NCBI GenBank assembly: GCA_963735805.1
Contig: CAVTMK010000004.1
Location: 256,001-320,000, forward strand
Length of the DNA: 64,000 bases
Source: an uncultured Verrucomicrobiae bacterium
GTDB taxonomy: Bacteria; Verrucomicrobiota; Verrucomicrobiia; Chthoniobacterales; UBA10450
Direction of reading: 5' to 3'
Shown: positions 37,591 to 47,739 of the stretch, in pieces
How positions within the stretch are numbered: position 1 is the stretch's first letter
Layout: each line of letters opens with the position of its first letter
Notes under the pieces: model-generated
What the model was told of the DNA's origin: nothing
Seen by the model: only the letters and a program-made list of their open reading frames with translations
Databases searched by the model: none
Translations under genes and position numbers: made by a program

Positions 37591-40005
37591 TCACTCTTCC
37601 CGTAGGAGTTTGGATGGATCGACGGCAAGCGCTCGCAGGGCTGGAATTGCGGACGCTGCAATCCCCAGCAGCGCCATCATTAGCACCGCGCCGATGACGA
37701 CTACCGGATCTTGCGGATTCGCCTGATACACAATCTGCTCGAGTAACCGGCTGGCGAAGACGCCTAACAGCAGTCCGGCCAACGATCCAAGTCCGAGCAG
37801 CACGATTGGCCGCCCAACCGCAGCGCTCATTACGTGCTTCGCGCGCGCGCCGAGGGCCACGCGAATGCCGAGCTCCTTCATTCGGCGGCTGACGTTGTAA
37901 GCCGCCATGCCGAAGATGCCGGTCACCGCGAGCATCGCCGCCAGAATGCCCATGACGCCCAGTGCTGCTGTCGATGCTCGTGCGGGGAACAGCGCGTTCA
38001 CGTCGTCCAGCACATCGTGCCAGCTCTGCACTGTGATCAGCGCGTTCGGCTCGAGGCCGCTCAGGGTGCGTTCTAACGCCGGCGCCATCTCGTTGTACGC
38101 GCGCGGCGATCGTACCACGAAGACCAGCCAGGGTTGTTCGTTTTGTGTCAAAGGCAGATAGACCACCGGCTGTGGCGGCTCTTGCATGTTGTTATACTTA
38201 CCGTCCTCCACCACACCCAGCACTTCTCTTAAGTGACCCAGTAAAATAAAGCGTTGTCCAATCGCGGGATTTTCGCCCCACATCTTCCGCGCGAAGGTCT
38301 CGTTCACAATCGCGACATACGGCGTCGTTTTGGTGTCATGCCATGAGACATCCCTCCCATTTAGTAGCCTGGTGCCCGCAGCCTCAAGGTAACCCGGCAA
38401 CATCGTATACACGTATGGCGCCAGCACAGAATTGTTCAGATTGAAGTCTGTTGTTCCTGGCGGGAAAACCGGAACGCCGCGCAGACCGCCGGTAAACGGT
38501 ACGCGGTTCACCGCACCCGCTGTCGTCACGCCAGGAATCCTGTGTACCGCCTCGAGTATGGCTTTCTGTTTCTCAAACGACACGTCGACCGCCGCCGCGT
38601 CACGGTCTATGTCGGCCAGCATCGCGCCTTGCGGCTGAAAACCCAGCGGAGCGTGCAACATGCGAACCATGCCGCGGACGGCAACCAGCGAGGCCGCCAC
38701 GAGCAACGTGCAGATCGCAATTTGTGCGCCGAGCAACAGGTCCCGCAGAGTAAATCGGCGCCGCGGCGTTGAATCTATCGGTCCACTTTTCATCGCCTGC
38801 AACGGACTGCTCTGCGACACCTGCCGCGCTGGAATCATCCCAAACAGCAGTGCGCTTACCAAGGTCAAGATCAGAGCTGCCAGGTAGACACGCGTATCCG
38901 CGCTGACTGCCACATGGCCGTAGGGCGATGCCCATTGGTTCAGGACACGCAGCAGCAGACCCGCGATCACCAGCCCCGCCGCTCCCCCTAGCATCGACAA
39001 CACCATCGCCTCGGTTAACAGTTGCCGTACCAACCGCCATCGGGTCGCTCCCAAAGCGACACGAAGCGCCAGTTCCCGGCTGCGATCCGCCGCGCGCGCC
39101 GCAAACAGGCTGGCCAGATTAGCGCACGCCGCCGCCAGCACCAGCAGAGCGAGTCCGGTCACGCTCCAAAGAAATTCGCGGATAACGTCACCGGTGTCTG
39201 CAAACAATCCTGGAGGGACCAGCCGCAGCGGCGTTCCGGTGTCTGTGTTCGGATGCTCCTTTGCCAACTGGGTCGCGATTGCACTGAGATTTTCCGCAGC
39301 CTGCTCGGTCGTCACGCCTTGCTTCAGCCGGCCAAGCACTGCCAAAGGTCGGGCCGTCCGGTTCTCCAGGTAATCCCGCTCGAAGTAGTTCAAAATGGGT
39401 ATCCAGTAGTCGGGCCAGACAAATCGGTCCGTGCCGTGAAACGGCGCTGGGGCCACGCCAATCACCGTGAAGGGATCTTTGCCGAGCGTCACCGTCGTGC
39501 CGAGTACGCGCGGATCTGCGTTGAACACGCTTCGCCAAAGACTATCGCTCAACACGATGTAAGGCGCTGAATTCGGGCCATGCTCGTCCTCCGCATGGAT
39601 TAATCGTCCCACCTGCGGCTGCACTCCCAGCAGATCGAAATAGTTGCCGGTGACTGCATGGCCGTCGACACTCCTCATGACGTTACCCCAACGCAGTCTC
39701 GCGTGACAGAATCCATAGAAACCCGCGATATCGCTGAAGGTGGTGTTTCGCTGCCGAATGTCTTCGAACGCAGGATAGGACGTAGTAAGTTCCTTAAAGC
39801 TCGTCCACGGCTTGAGGCGAAGCTGGTAGAGATTCTGCGGGTCGCTCACATCCAACGGACGCAGCAGCACTGAATTGACTACTCCGAAGACGACGACATT
39901 CGCTCCAATGCCGAGCATCAGAGTGACCAAAGCTACGAGCGTGAACGCGGGCGACTTCCAGAGCACGCGCAGCGCATAACGAATATCCAGCAGCAGGTCG
40001 TGCAT
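37591..40005 (-). CDS. Duplicated MacB/FtsX-type ABC permease (ADOP-like), no adjacent ATPase
   Basis: DIRYALRVLWKSPAFT, ACANLASL, RELALRVALGA, ELGIRVALGA, VDPSKLLREE. Confidence 0.92.
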   Translation of the reverse strand: MHDLLLDIRYALRVLWKSPAFTLVALVTLMLGIGANVVVFGVVNSVLLRPLDVSDPQNLYQLRLKPWTSFKELTTSYPAFEDIRQRNTTFSDIAGFYGFCHARLRWGNVMRSVDGHAVTGNYFDLLGVQPQVGRLIHAEDEHGPNSAPYIVLSDSLWRSVFNADPRVLGTTVTLGKDPFTVIGVAPAPFHGTDRFVWPDYWIPILNYFERDYLENRTARPLAVLGRLKQGVTTEQAAENLSAIATQLAKEHPNTDTGTPLRLVPPGLFADTGDVIREFLWSVTGLALLVLAAACANLASLFAARAADRSRELALRVALGATRWRLVRQLLTEAMVLSMLGGAAGLVIAGLLLRVLNQWASPYGHVAVSADTRVYLAALILTLVSALLFGMIPARQVSQSSPLQAMKSGPIDSTPRRRFTLRDLLLGAQIAICTLLVAASLVAVRGMVRMLHAPLGFQPQGAMLADIDRDAAAVDVSFEKQKAILEAVHRIPGVTTAGAVNRVPFTGGLRGVPVFPPGTTDFNLNNSVLAPYVYTMLPGYLEAAGTRLLNGRDVSWHDTKTTPYVAIVNETFARKMWGENPAIGQRFILLGHLREVLGVVEDGKYNNMQEPPQPVVYLPLTQNEQPWLVFVVRSPRAYNEMAPALERTLSGLEPNALITVQSWHDVLDDVNALFPARASTAALGVMGILAAMLAVTGIFGMAAYNVSRRMKELGIRVALGARAKHVMSAAVGRPIVLLGLGSLAGLLLGVFASRLLEQIVYQANPQDPVVVIGAVLMMALLGIAASAIPALRALAVDPSKLLREE

Positions 40006-40026
40006 GACCGGCAGGCACTATCGCGG

Positions 40027-40347
40027 TCAATAACCCAAGGCGCTTTTTCGCTCCGCTGCTGTGGGCAAAGGATCCTTTTTCACTGTGATCGCCTCCGCGC
40101 CTGAGTCCTTCAGCTGATGAGCCTCAGTCGCGTTGAATTCGATATCTTTCGTGAACTCGGGCGGAAGGTCTGCCTCCGCATAGATGGCGTGCACTGGGCA
40201 CACATCAACACACGCCATGCAATCAATGCAATCCTCCGGGTGAATGACCACTTGTTTGTCCATCTCGTAGAAGCACGCAACGGGGCACACTTCTACACAA
40301 TCAGTGAACTTGCATTCGTTACATTTATCGGTGACGACGTGAGCCAT
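40027..40347 (-). CDS. fdxA: 7Fe-type ferredoxin
   Basis: CNECKFTDCVEVCPVACF...CIDCMACVDVCP. Confidence 0.92.
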   Translation of the reverse strand: MAHVVTDKCNECKFTDCVEVCPVACFYEMDKQVVIHPEDCIDCMACVDVCPVHAIYAEADLPPEFTKDIEFNATEAHQLKDSGAEAITVKKDPLPTAAERKSALGY

Positions 40348-40444
40348 GGGATTTCAATAGTTGAATGTTGCGTATAAAGGATCGCGGTGACGCGTCAAGT
40401 AATTAGCGACTCAAGGCTGGTCAATTCCGGCTTTGCTCTCGGTG

Positions 40445-42052
40445 TCAAGTTGCACTTGGCGGCTGGTGCTCGTGTTTTGTCCGGAATAAAATGGCCATGC
40501 AAAACGTGACGATGGTGCCGAAACAAATCCACCACGGAAATGCCATCAAGGGCAGCCAGACGGGTTGGGTGTAAAGTTTGCCGCCGAAAATTCCTGCGAT
40601 ATTATTGGGTAAGCCGCTTAAAATCGCGACCACAATAAATCCAAGAATCATTGCGATGACGTTGCCGAAGTCGTTTCCGCGGCGTTTGGTAAATATTCCG
40701 CAAAGAAAGACCCCGAGTAGCGAGCCGTAGGTGTAACCGAAGATCCCAAGCACTATGGGGATGATCCGCACATTCGGGTGAACGATTACGAGATACGATG
40801 TTGTCGATGCAACGATAATCATCAGAATCGAGAACCACACCGTGGCCCAGCGCACGGCGCGAAGACTTTGTTCGCTCGTCGATGCAGGATTGATGTAGGG
40901 CTCGTACCAATCCCGAGTGAAACTTGTTGCCAGCGCGTTGATCGCGGTGCTGAGCGAGCCCATTGCCGTCGCGAAAATGCCGGCGATGAGCAAGCCACGC
41001 AGCCCTACCGGCATTTCGTACAAGATGAAGTGGCAAAAAGTCTCGTTAGGCGTTTTTGGCAGTGTTGGATCAGGATGTGCCTGATAATAGACCCACAGCA
41101 ACAAACCGATGCTGAGAAAAGTGAGCACGATGGGAATGTCCGCCAGGCCGGACATGATCAGCGAACGGCGACTGCGGCGGATGTCCGGTGCAGTCAACAT
41201 GCGTTGCACCATGTCCTGATCGGTGCCGTGCGTGGACATGGTGATAAAAGTCGATCCGATGAGCCCGGCGAAGATGGTGTACTCGACCTCGAACATTCCC
41301 TTGATCTTGTCCCATCCGTGTTTCGCTGGGTTTAAGCCAGTCGTGAAGAAATCGGAAATACCGAAGCCGCCGTGACGTTGGACGATTTCACTCCAGCCGC
41401 CTGGAATCTGCGAATAGAGCAACCCGACCGCTACGAGTGCGCTACCGATCATGATTGAAGCCTGAATGAAATCGGTCCAGATAACGGCTTTGATTCCGCC
41501 CAACGTTGTATAGATGGCGGTCAAAATGACGATGGCCACGGTTGAGCTGATATAAATAAAAAGCGTTTCTCTTTGACCGGGCTGAACGCCCCGAATCATT
41601 TCATAGGCGAGCGCGAGCGCGATGGCTGCGACATATAGACGCGCGCCGGAAGCCAGTAGCCGCGTAACCATGAAGATGGCGGAAGCCGCATTTTTCGTCG
41701 GCACACCAAAGCGCGCGGTGAGATATTCGTAGATCGAGTAAACATTATAGTCGTAGTAGGGTTTGATGAAAATGTAACTGACCAGGATGCGCGCCAGGAT
41801 GGTGCCCAGCGCGAGTTGCAAATAGGTGAAGTTGCGAAGCGCGAATCCTTCGCCTGGCGTACCGAAAAAAGTTCCGGCACTTGTTTCCGCAGCGATGATC
41901 GAAGCAAGGACCGCCCACCATGGAATTCGGCGACCTCCCAGCGCGAAGTCCTTAAGGCTTTCCTCCTTCCGGCCCATGTAAAGGCCAATGGAAATGATCA
42001 GGACGAAGTAAAGCAGCAAAACCGCACTGTCGATCGCGAGTCGGCTGTCCAT
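40445..42052 (-). CDS. Sodium:solute symporter
   Basis: DFALGGRRIPWW, SIYEYLTARFG, GGIKAVIWTD, GTDQDMVQR; ATG 42052 preferred. Confidence 0.92.
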   Translation of the reverse strand: MDSRLAIDSAVLLLYFVLIISIGLYMGRKEESLKDFALGGRRIPWWAVLASIIAAETSAGTFFGTPGEGFALRNFTYLQLALGTILARILVSYIFIKPYYDYNVYSIYEYLTARFGVPTKNAASAIFMVTRLLASGARLYVAAIALALAYEMIRGVQPGQRETLFIYISSTVAIVILTAIYTTLGGIKAVIWTDFIQASIMIGSALVAVGLLYSQIPGGWSEIVQRHGGFGISDFFTTGLNPAKHGWDKIKGMFEVEYTIFAGLIGSTFITMSTHGTDQDMVQRMLTAPDIRRSRRSLIMSGLADIPIVLTFLSIGLLLWVYYQAHPDPTLPKTPNETFCHFILYEMPVGLRGLLIAGIFATAMGSLSTAINALATSFTRDWYEPYINPASTSEQSLRAVRWATVWFSILMIIVASTTSYLVIVHPNVRIIPIVLGIFGYTYGSLLGVFLCGIFTKRRGNDFGNVIAMILGFIVVAILSGLPNNIAGIFGGKLYTQPVWLPLMAFPWWICFGTIVTFCMAILFRTKHEHQPPSAT

Positions 42053-42068
42053 GTCGATGCTATTTATC

Positions 42069-42098
42069 AATGACGAATGACGAATGTCGAATGTCGAA
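42069..42098. repeat. Tandem heptamer array
   Basis: AATGACG AATGACG AATGTCG AATGTCG. Confidence 0.75.
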
Positions 42099-42237
42099 GA
42101 CACCGAGTCCCTATGACCAAGCGTCCGGTCCCCATTGGAAGGCACAAGGTGATCGGCTTCTCCTGAAGACGATGCTAAGATAAATGCGCCTATGGCGCCT
42201 GGATTGACATCGCGTTGAGGACAACGCGATCCACCTT

Positions 42238-43323
42238 ATGAAGTTGATCGAAATTCCTGCACCTGACTTCGATCTCGCGATGACACTCAACTCCGGCCAA
42301 GTGTTTCATTGGGAAAAGGTCGGCAACGGATTCGTGGGAGCGATCGGCGATCGCGCAGTTTATGTCGAGCAACACGCGAACATCCTGAAAGTTCGCGATG
42401 GTGAGGCGCCATCGCTCCCGCAGGCGCGGGCCAAGTCGCGTGCGCTCCCTAGCGTCGTGGCGCATTATTTCGCGCTCGATCATCCACTCGCGGAAATCCA
42501 CGCGTCGTTTCCAGACGATCCGGTTATGAATGCTGCGTGCGATTTTTGTCACGGTCTGCGAATTATTCGTCAACCGAAATGGGAATGTTTGGCGACGTTC
42601 ATTTGTTCGTCGATGAAACAGGTGGCGCACATTCGTCAAATTTCCCTCGCGCTCCGTCGTCGCTTTGGTGACCGGCGAAAGATTGGTGATTATGTGGTTT
42701 ACACGTTCCCGCCGGTTCAGCGAATTGCGCGAGCCTCAGAGGATGATTTGCGCAAATGCGCCCTGGGCTATCGCGCCAGAAACCTGCTTATGACGGCGCG
42801 ACTCGTCAGCTCAGGAAAGGCAAGCTTGGACGCATGGTCGGCTCTCCCCGATGCCGATCTCAGAGAAAAACTCTGCGCCCTGCCCGGAGTCGGAGCGAAG
42901 GTTGCTAACTGTGTAATGCTGTTTGCCTATGAGCGGCTGCGCGCATTCCCGATCGACGTTTGGATCGAGAGGGTTTTGAAGCAACAATATTTTCCGAGAA
43001 AGAAAAAAGTCGCAGACGGGCGGCTACGCGAATTCTCGGCAATATATTTTGGCGAACATGGCGGTTACGCGCAGCAATACCTGTTTCATCACGCGCGCAT
43101 GACGTCGCGAACATTGGGAGTGTCGAGAGATTCCTCGACTGTGCCTGGCTCTGCTGAGAACGACAAAAAGGAGCGTGCACACATGGATTCAGGAATGTCA
43201 GGGGCATCAAGAGATTGCTCGACCCGAAGGCTTTCTGGCCTCAAAACGGCAACGGGAGGAATGCACGGGAGGCGAAGCCAAGCGCACAGCGGCGAAAGGT
43301 TTACACTACGCAAACCAAAATGA
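42238..43323 (+). CDS. 8-oxoguanine DNA glycosylase (OGG1-like HhH-GPD) with a repeat-derived C-terminal extension
   Basis: TLNSGQVFHW, RIIRQPKWECL, LGYRA, LPGVGAKVANC, FPIDVW, GYAQQYLFH. Confidence 0.9.
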   Translation: MKLIEIPAPDFDLAMTLNSGQVFHWEKVGNGFVGAIGDRAVYVEQHANILKVRDGEAPSLPQARAKSRALPSVVAHYFALDHPLAEIHASFPDDPVMNAACDFCHGLRIIRQPKWECLATFICSSMKQVAHIRQISLALRRRFGDRRKIGDYVVYTFPPVQRIARASEDDLRKCALGYRARNLLMTARLVSSGKASLDAWSALPDADLREKLCALPGVGAKVANCVMLFAYERLRAFPIDVWIERVLKQQYFPRKKKVADGRLREFSAIYFGEHGGYAQQYLFHHARMTSRTLGVSRDSSTVPGSAENDKKERAHMDSGMSGASRDCSTRRLSGLKTATGGMHGRRSQAHSGERFTLRKPK

Positions 43324-43427
43324 CCGGGCCGCGCAATTTGTCAGCGCCTGCAGGCTGAGATAGTATTCCTGCCTTAAGCTGAGAAAGCTCCAAGCCCAAT
43401 TTTCCTTATTACTGAGAAACCGCTCTC

Positions 43428-44399
43428 ATGACGACGGCTGACATTATGTTCGCCCAGCCGGGCAACCCCGAAAGCCTTCGGGACCACGAATATGAAGGGC
43501 GAACGGTTTTGTTGGCGATACTCGCGGCGATTCTCATTCACCTGCTTGTCGCCTTTTTCCTCGCTGTGTTCGGCGGCGTTTTTTCGCCGGCGACTCCCGT
43601 TGAGGACAAGCCGTCCGAACTCACGTTCGTCAATCTGTCGCCCACGGCCCCGAAGAATTCCGAATTTATAGAGACGGATGAATCCAAAAAAGCACCAGAG
43701 CCAAAAGAGAAGACGTTTGAATCGAACGCCAATTCGATTGGAGCAAGCGAGCTAGCTGCCACTGGCGAAATGCCGTTGCCTTCGCAGACCGGCAAAGATC
43801 GCCCGTTTCTGGATTTGGAAACACATCAGCACACCTTGGAGACAAAGGGCGCGCAACCACAACCAAGTGCAGCCCCACAGGAAAATCCAAACCCGTCCGC
43901 GGCGCCCGACACGCAACCAGCTCCGGTTACCGCAGCGGAGCAATTTGCGATGTTAACACAACCGCGGACGCCGCCCGTCGAAAAGTCGACTACATCTCCG
44001 CAAGCGCGATCTGCGTATCGGCCTCTCAAACAACGAACGCAGATCTCCGGCCGGATCACGAATCGCGGCGTCTCCTCCGTGAATGCGCTGGGTACGCCGC
44101 TGGGGCGGTACATGAAATTTCTCCTGGATGCGATTGGCTCTCGCTGGTACGCGTTTGTCGAACGGCAGATCGACTTGGTTAACATCGGCACGGCTCGCGT
44201 AGTCTTTGTAGTGGATCGAAGCGGACATGTGAAGAACCTCAAAGTTGTCGAAAACACATCAAACGAAACATTGGCAAACGTTTGCATTCAATCGATTCAG
44301 GAAGCGCAGTTGCCTCCCATCCCTGAAGATCTAGCGGCCACACTGCCTCCGGACGGATTGGACATGGACATTCCGTTCACGATCTTTCCCAGCCGATGA
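43428..44399 (+). CDS. TonB/TolA-like energy transducer
   Basis: N-terminal TM with IH motif, Pro-rich spacer, TonB_C-like C-terminus; upstream of exbBD. Confidence 0.8.
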   Translation: MTTADIMFAQPGNPESLRDHEYEGRTVLLAILAAILIHLLVAFFLAVFGGVFSPATPVEDKPSELTFVNLSPTAPKNSEFIETDESKKAPEPKEKTFESNANSIGASELAATGEMPLPSQTGKDRPFLDLETHQHTLETKGAQPQPSAAPQENPNPSAAPDTQPAPVTAAEQFAMLTQPRTPPVEKSTTSPQARSAYRPLKQRTQISGRITNRGVSSVNALGTPLGRYMKFLLDAIGSRWYAFVERQIDLVNIGTARVVFVVDRSGHVKNLKVVENTSNETLANVCIQSIQEAQLPPIPEDLAATLPPDGLDMDIPFTIFPSR

Positions 44400-45118
44400 T
44401 GGTATTGGCGATAACCATCGAAACTCCGGAAACCGTGAATACTATCTTTGGATTCTTCGCGAAGGGCGGCCTGTTCATGTGGCCGCTGCTGGCCTGCTCG
44501 ATCGTTTCGGTGACAATAATGATTTTGCGCGGCCTGGCTTTACGACGCAACAAGGTCATGCCGCCGTTAGTCGAGAACGAAATAGAACGGTTGACCCCGG
44601 GTGAAAGTCCCGAGCGGCTGTCACGCGTGGTGCATCATGATGGTTCGTCACTGTCGCGGATTGCTCGGGTGGCGCTGCAATATTTACGCAGCCCACGCTC
44701 GGAAAACGTGGAAGCGGTCCAAACACGTGCGCGACACGAGATGGTACGGCTGGAAAAAGGTCTCATTATTCTGGAAGTCATTGTAGGGATTGCGCCTTTG
44801 CTTGGCCTGATCGGTGCCGTCTCGGGACTGGTGCATGTCTTTTCCCAGCTCGGATTGAGCTCGGGCGCATCGGATACGCATCAGATCGCGCTCGGAATCT
44901 CCGAAGCGTTGAATGCGACGGTTTTCGGGCTTTCCATCGCCGTGCCGACGCTGGTCGGGTTCACCTATTTTTCCAGGAAAGTTGAAGTGATGTCGGTGGA
45001 GATGGAAACGCTGGTGGTCGAATTGATTAGCAAATGCTATTACGGGCGATCTTCGCGCGAATTCGGCGCAAAAGGATCTGCGGCCAGCTCAATGCCGATT
45101 TCGTCGCCTGTAGCGTGA
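44396..45118 (+). CDS. exbB: MotA/TolQ/ExbB proton channel
   Basis: GGLFMWPL, IAPLLGLIGAV, GISEALNATVFGL. Confidence 0.88.
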   Translation: MMVLAITIETPETVNTIFGFFAKGGLFMWPLLACSIVSVTIMILRGLALRRNKVMPPLVENEIERLTPGESPERLSRVVHHDGSSLSRIARVALQYLRSPRSENVEAVQTRARHEMVRLEKGLIILEVIVGIAPLLGLIGAVSGLVHVFSQLGLSSGASDTHQIALGISEALNATVFGLSIAVPTLVGFTYFSRKVEVMSVEMETLVVELISKCYYGRSSREFGAKGSAASSMPISSPVA

Positions 45119-45140
45119 AACGCGCGGCGCCTTTCACACC

Positions 45141-45548
45141 ATGAAGTTTGCGGTACGAAAACGAAGGGCGCCGGTCATTATCATCGTCTCGCTCGTCGAT
45201 ATTCTCATCATCCTGCTAATCTTTTTTGTCGTCTCAACAACTTTTAAGAAAGACCAGCCGGAAGTTCAGATTAATCTTCCGGAATCCAAAACGGCAAAAA
45301 AACAGCCCTCAGAACTTGAGCACGCTATCGTAAGTGTCGATCAAAATGACGAGATCAAACTCGATGGACGAGTTGTTGGCGTGGATGAACTGGAGGGTGC
45401 CGTGCGTAACCTGCCTGAACCACGGAAATCCACGCTTGCGCTCCAGGCTGACAAGAAGGCTTCGTTTGGCACGATCATTAAGGTCATGGACGCGTTGAAG
45501 CTGGCAGGCGTGAGGAATTTGCCGGCGTTTACCCGGGAAGAGAAATGA
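45141..45548 (+). CDS. exbD: ExbD/TolR
   Basis: SLVDILIILLIFFVVSTTF, ADK...IKVMD. Confidence 0.9.
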   Translation: MKFAVRKRRAPVIIIVSLVDILIILLIFFVVSTTFKKDQPEVQINLPESKTAKKQPSELEHAIVSVDQNDEIKLDGRVVGVDELEGAVRNLPEPRKSTLALQADKKASFGTIIKVMDALKLAGVRNLPAFTREEK

Positions 45549-46141
45549 TCCTTTCGATTTTGGAGTACGGCGACCCGATCCTTCGGGCCAAAGGCAAACC
45601 GATCGAGAACATAGACGATCGGATTCGCGAGCTGGCGGCGAACATGGTCGAGACAATGCACGCGGCGAATGGTGTGGGTCTGGCAGCGCAGCAGGTCGGT
45701 GAAGTTTTGCAGCTTACCGTACTTGATGTTTCGCTAGTCGAAGATCGCCCGAGCACCTTGAAACTGAATGGCAAAGAGGTCGATCCCAAGACCGCGATGC
45801 CGCTGGTATTGATCAATCCGGAAATCGAGCTGTGCGGCGAAGCCGCTGTGGGAGTAGAAGGTTGTTTAAGTTTTCCCGAGATCACAGGCGACATCGAACG
45901 GGCGAAATCGGTGATGGTGCGCGCGCAGACTGTGGAAGGCGAGAAAGTCGAAATCGAAGCGGGCGGATTCCTTGCGCGCGCGATTCAGCATGAAGGCGAT
46001 CATCTCAACGGAATTCTATTTATCGATCGCATGAATTCCGCAGCAAAGGCTGCCTTGTCGAGCCGCCTGAAACGATTGCAGAAGGAAACGAGACGCGGCA
46101 TAAGGCATCGGGAAGCGCTCGTAAGTGAGACTACATTATAG
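45545..46141 (+). CDS. def: Peptide deformylase
   Basis: GVGLAAQQ, EGCLS, QHEGDHLNG. Confidence 0.97.
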   Translation: MILSILEYGDPILRAKGKPIENIDDRIRELAANMVETMHAANGVGLAAQQVGEVLQLTVLDVSLVEDRPSTLKLNGKEVDPKTAMPLVLINPEIELCGEAAVGVEGCLSFPEITGDIERAKSVMVRAQTVEGEKVEIEAGGFLARAIQHEGDHLNGILFIDRMNSAAKAALSSRLKRLQKETRRGIRHREALVSETTL

Positions 46142-46177
46142 CAGTCGACAACCATTGATCCGCATTCGCAAATTCGG

Positions 46178-46795
46178 GTGATGAGCAGCATTTGGGTCAA
46201 CTGGGTTCGCAGGCTTCAATCGATTGCGCAAAATGGGCGAAACTACACCAAAAACGAATTCGATCTGCAGCGATATCAACAGGTTGAAGACGTGGCTGCA
46301 GAAATCGCAGCCAAATATTCTGATGGCGAACTCCGGACGATCAAGGCGATGTTTACACAGGAACGCGGGCCTGCGACTCCAAAAATCGATGTACGAGCGG
46401 CGGTTATCTCCGAGAACAAAATATTGCTTGTGAAGGAGCGAGGCGATGGCTGGACGTTGCCCGGTGGATGGGTTGATCCAGGAGAGTCCCCCAGCGAAGC
46501 CGCTGTGCGTGAAACAAGGGAAGAATCTGGGTATGACGTGAGCGCTGCTAGACTGATGGCGATTTACGATCGCGACAGGCAGGGGCATCCGCCGTGTCCT
46601 TTTCATGTCTATAAGATCATTTTTCTATGTGACCTTGTGGGAGGTTCGGCGAAGACGAGTCTTGAGACTGAGGCGGCGGGCTTCTTTGGCGAAGACGAAC
46701 TACCCGCTCTTTCGGAGTCTCGAGTGATAGTGTCGCAGGTAAAACGTGCATTCTCTTTCCAGCGAGATCCGAGTTTGCCTGCTGATTTCGACTAG
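46178..46795 (+). CDS. NUDIX hydrolase with Nudix_N domain (YjhB-like)
   Basis: LQSIAQNG, TPKIDVR, WTLPGG...AAVRETREESG. Confidence 0.9.
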   Translation: MMSSIWVNWVRRLQSIAQNGRNYTKNEFDLQRYQQVEDVAAEIAAKYSDGELRTIKAMFTQERGPATPKIDVRAAVISENKILLVKERGDGWTLPGGWVDPGESPSEAAVRETREESGYDVSAARLMAIYDRDRQGHPPCPFHVYKIIFLCDLVGGSAKTSLETEAAGFFGEDELPALSESRVIVSQVKRAFSFQRDPSLPADFD

Positions 46796-46840
46796 ACTAG
46801 CGCGCCGGACTTGCGTCGCGGTGCCACCTTCGGCTTGAAA

Positions 46841-47632
46841 TTATTGAGTGAAAAATCCGGTCAACGGACTTGTCGCAGCCGCTACGTTTAGCCTTTCCGC
46901 GAGTCCGATTTCGCGAGCTTCGCGTCCGGCTTCAATGGCTTTCTTGAAAGCTTTAGCCATGCGAATCGGATCGGAAGCGATTGCGATCGCTGTGTTAACC
47001 AAAACCGCGTCGGCGCCAATCTCCATCGCTTCAGCAGCGTGACTCGGCGCACCCAGGCCTGCGTCAACAACAACCGGCACGGTGGCCTGTTCGATAATGA
47101 TCTGAATTTGGGCGCGTGCTTCTATGCCGCGGTTACTACCGATTGGCGAACCCAACGGCATGACCGTCGCAGTACCGACGTCCTGCAATCGCTTCGCCAA
47201 GACCGGATCTGCATTGATGTACGGAAGAACCGTGAAGCCTTCTCTCACAAGAGTTTCAGCCGCAGCCAGTGTCTCGACCGGATCGGGCAACAAGTAACGC
47301 GGGTCCGGGTGAATCTCGAGTTTGATCCATTTTGGCAGGCCCGCGTTCGCGGCTAGCCGCGCGAGACGCACGGCTTCATCCGCGTTGCGCGCGCCGCTGG
47401 TGTTCGGCAGAAGGAGAAAACGTTTTGGATCGATAAAATCGAGAATGTTCGCAAACGGATCGCGCTTTCCTGAAATATCGGCGCGTCGCAGCGCCACTGT
47501 CACCAGCTCTGCGCCGCTGGCAATGAGCGCGTCGCGCATCAGCTCGTTGGACGCGAATTTTCCGGTGCCAATCAGTAGACGCGAGCCGAACTCGCGATCG
47601 GCGATCTTCAGTTTTGAAGGCTTGTCGGCCAT
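46841..47632 (-). CDS. thiG: Thiazole synthase
   Basis: [44 protein letters not shown]. Confidence 0.96.
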   Translation of the reverse strand: MADKPSKLKIADREFGSRLLIGTGKFASNELMRDALIASGAELVTVALRRADISGKRDPFANILDFIDPKRFLLLPNTSGARNADEAVRLARLAANAGLPKWIKLEIHPDPRYLLPDPVETLAAAETLVREGFTVLPYINADPVLAKRLQDVGTATVMPLGSPIGSNRGIEARAQIQIIIEQATVPVVVDAGLGAPSHAAEAMEIGADAVLVNTAIAIASDPIRMAKAFKKAIEAGREAREIGLAERLNVAAATSPLTGFFTQ

Positions 47633-47739
47633 TGGAAAAGAATAAACGAATTCGCTCAAGGGTGCGAGCGTGGATCAAAAGAACCCACAGGCAGTTTTGA
47701 CTGTACGAATCCTCGCGGCTACGCCAGAATTTACTGTCA

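Noticed and set aside
47633..47739. TPP riboswitch upstream of thiG
   Set aside because: The gap is short and shared with a divergent gene, and I see no TPP aptamer core motifs.
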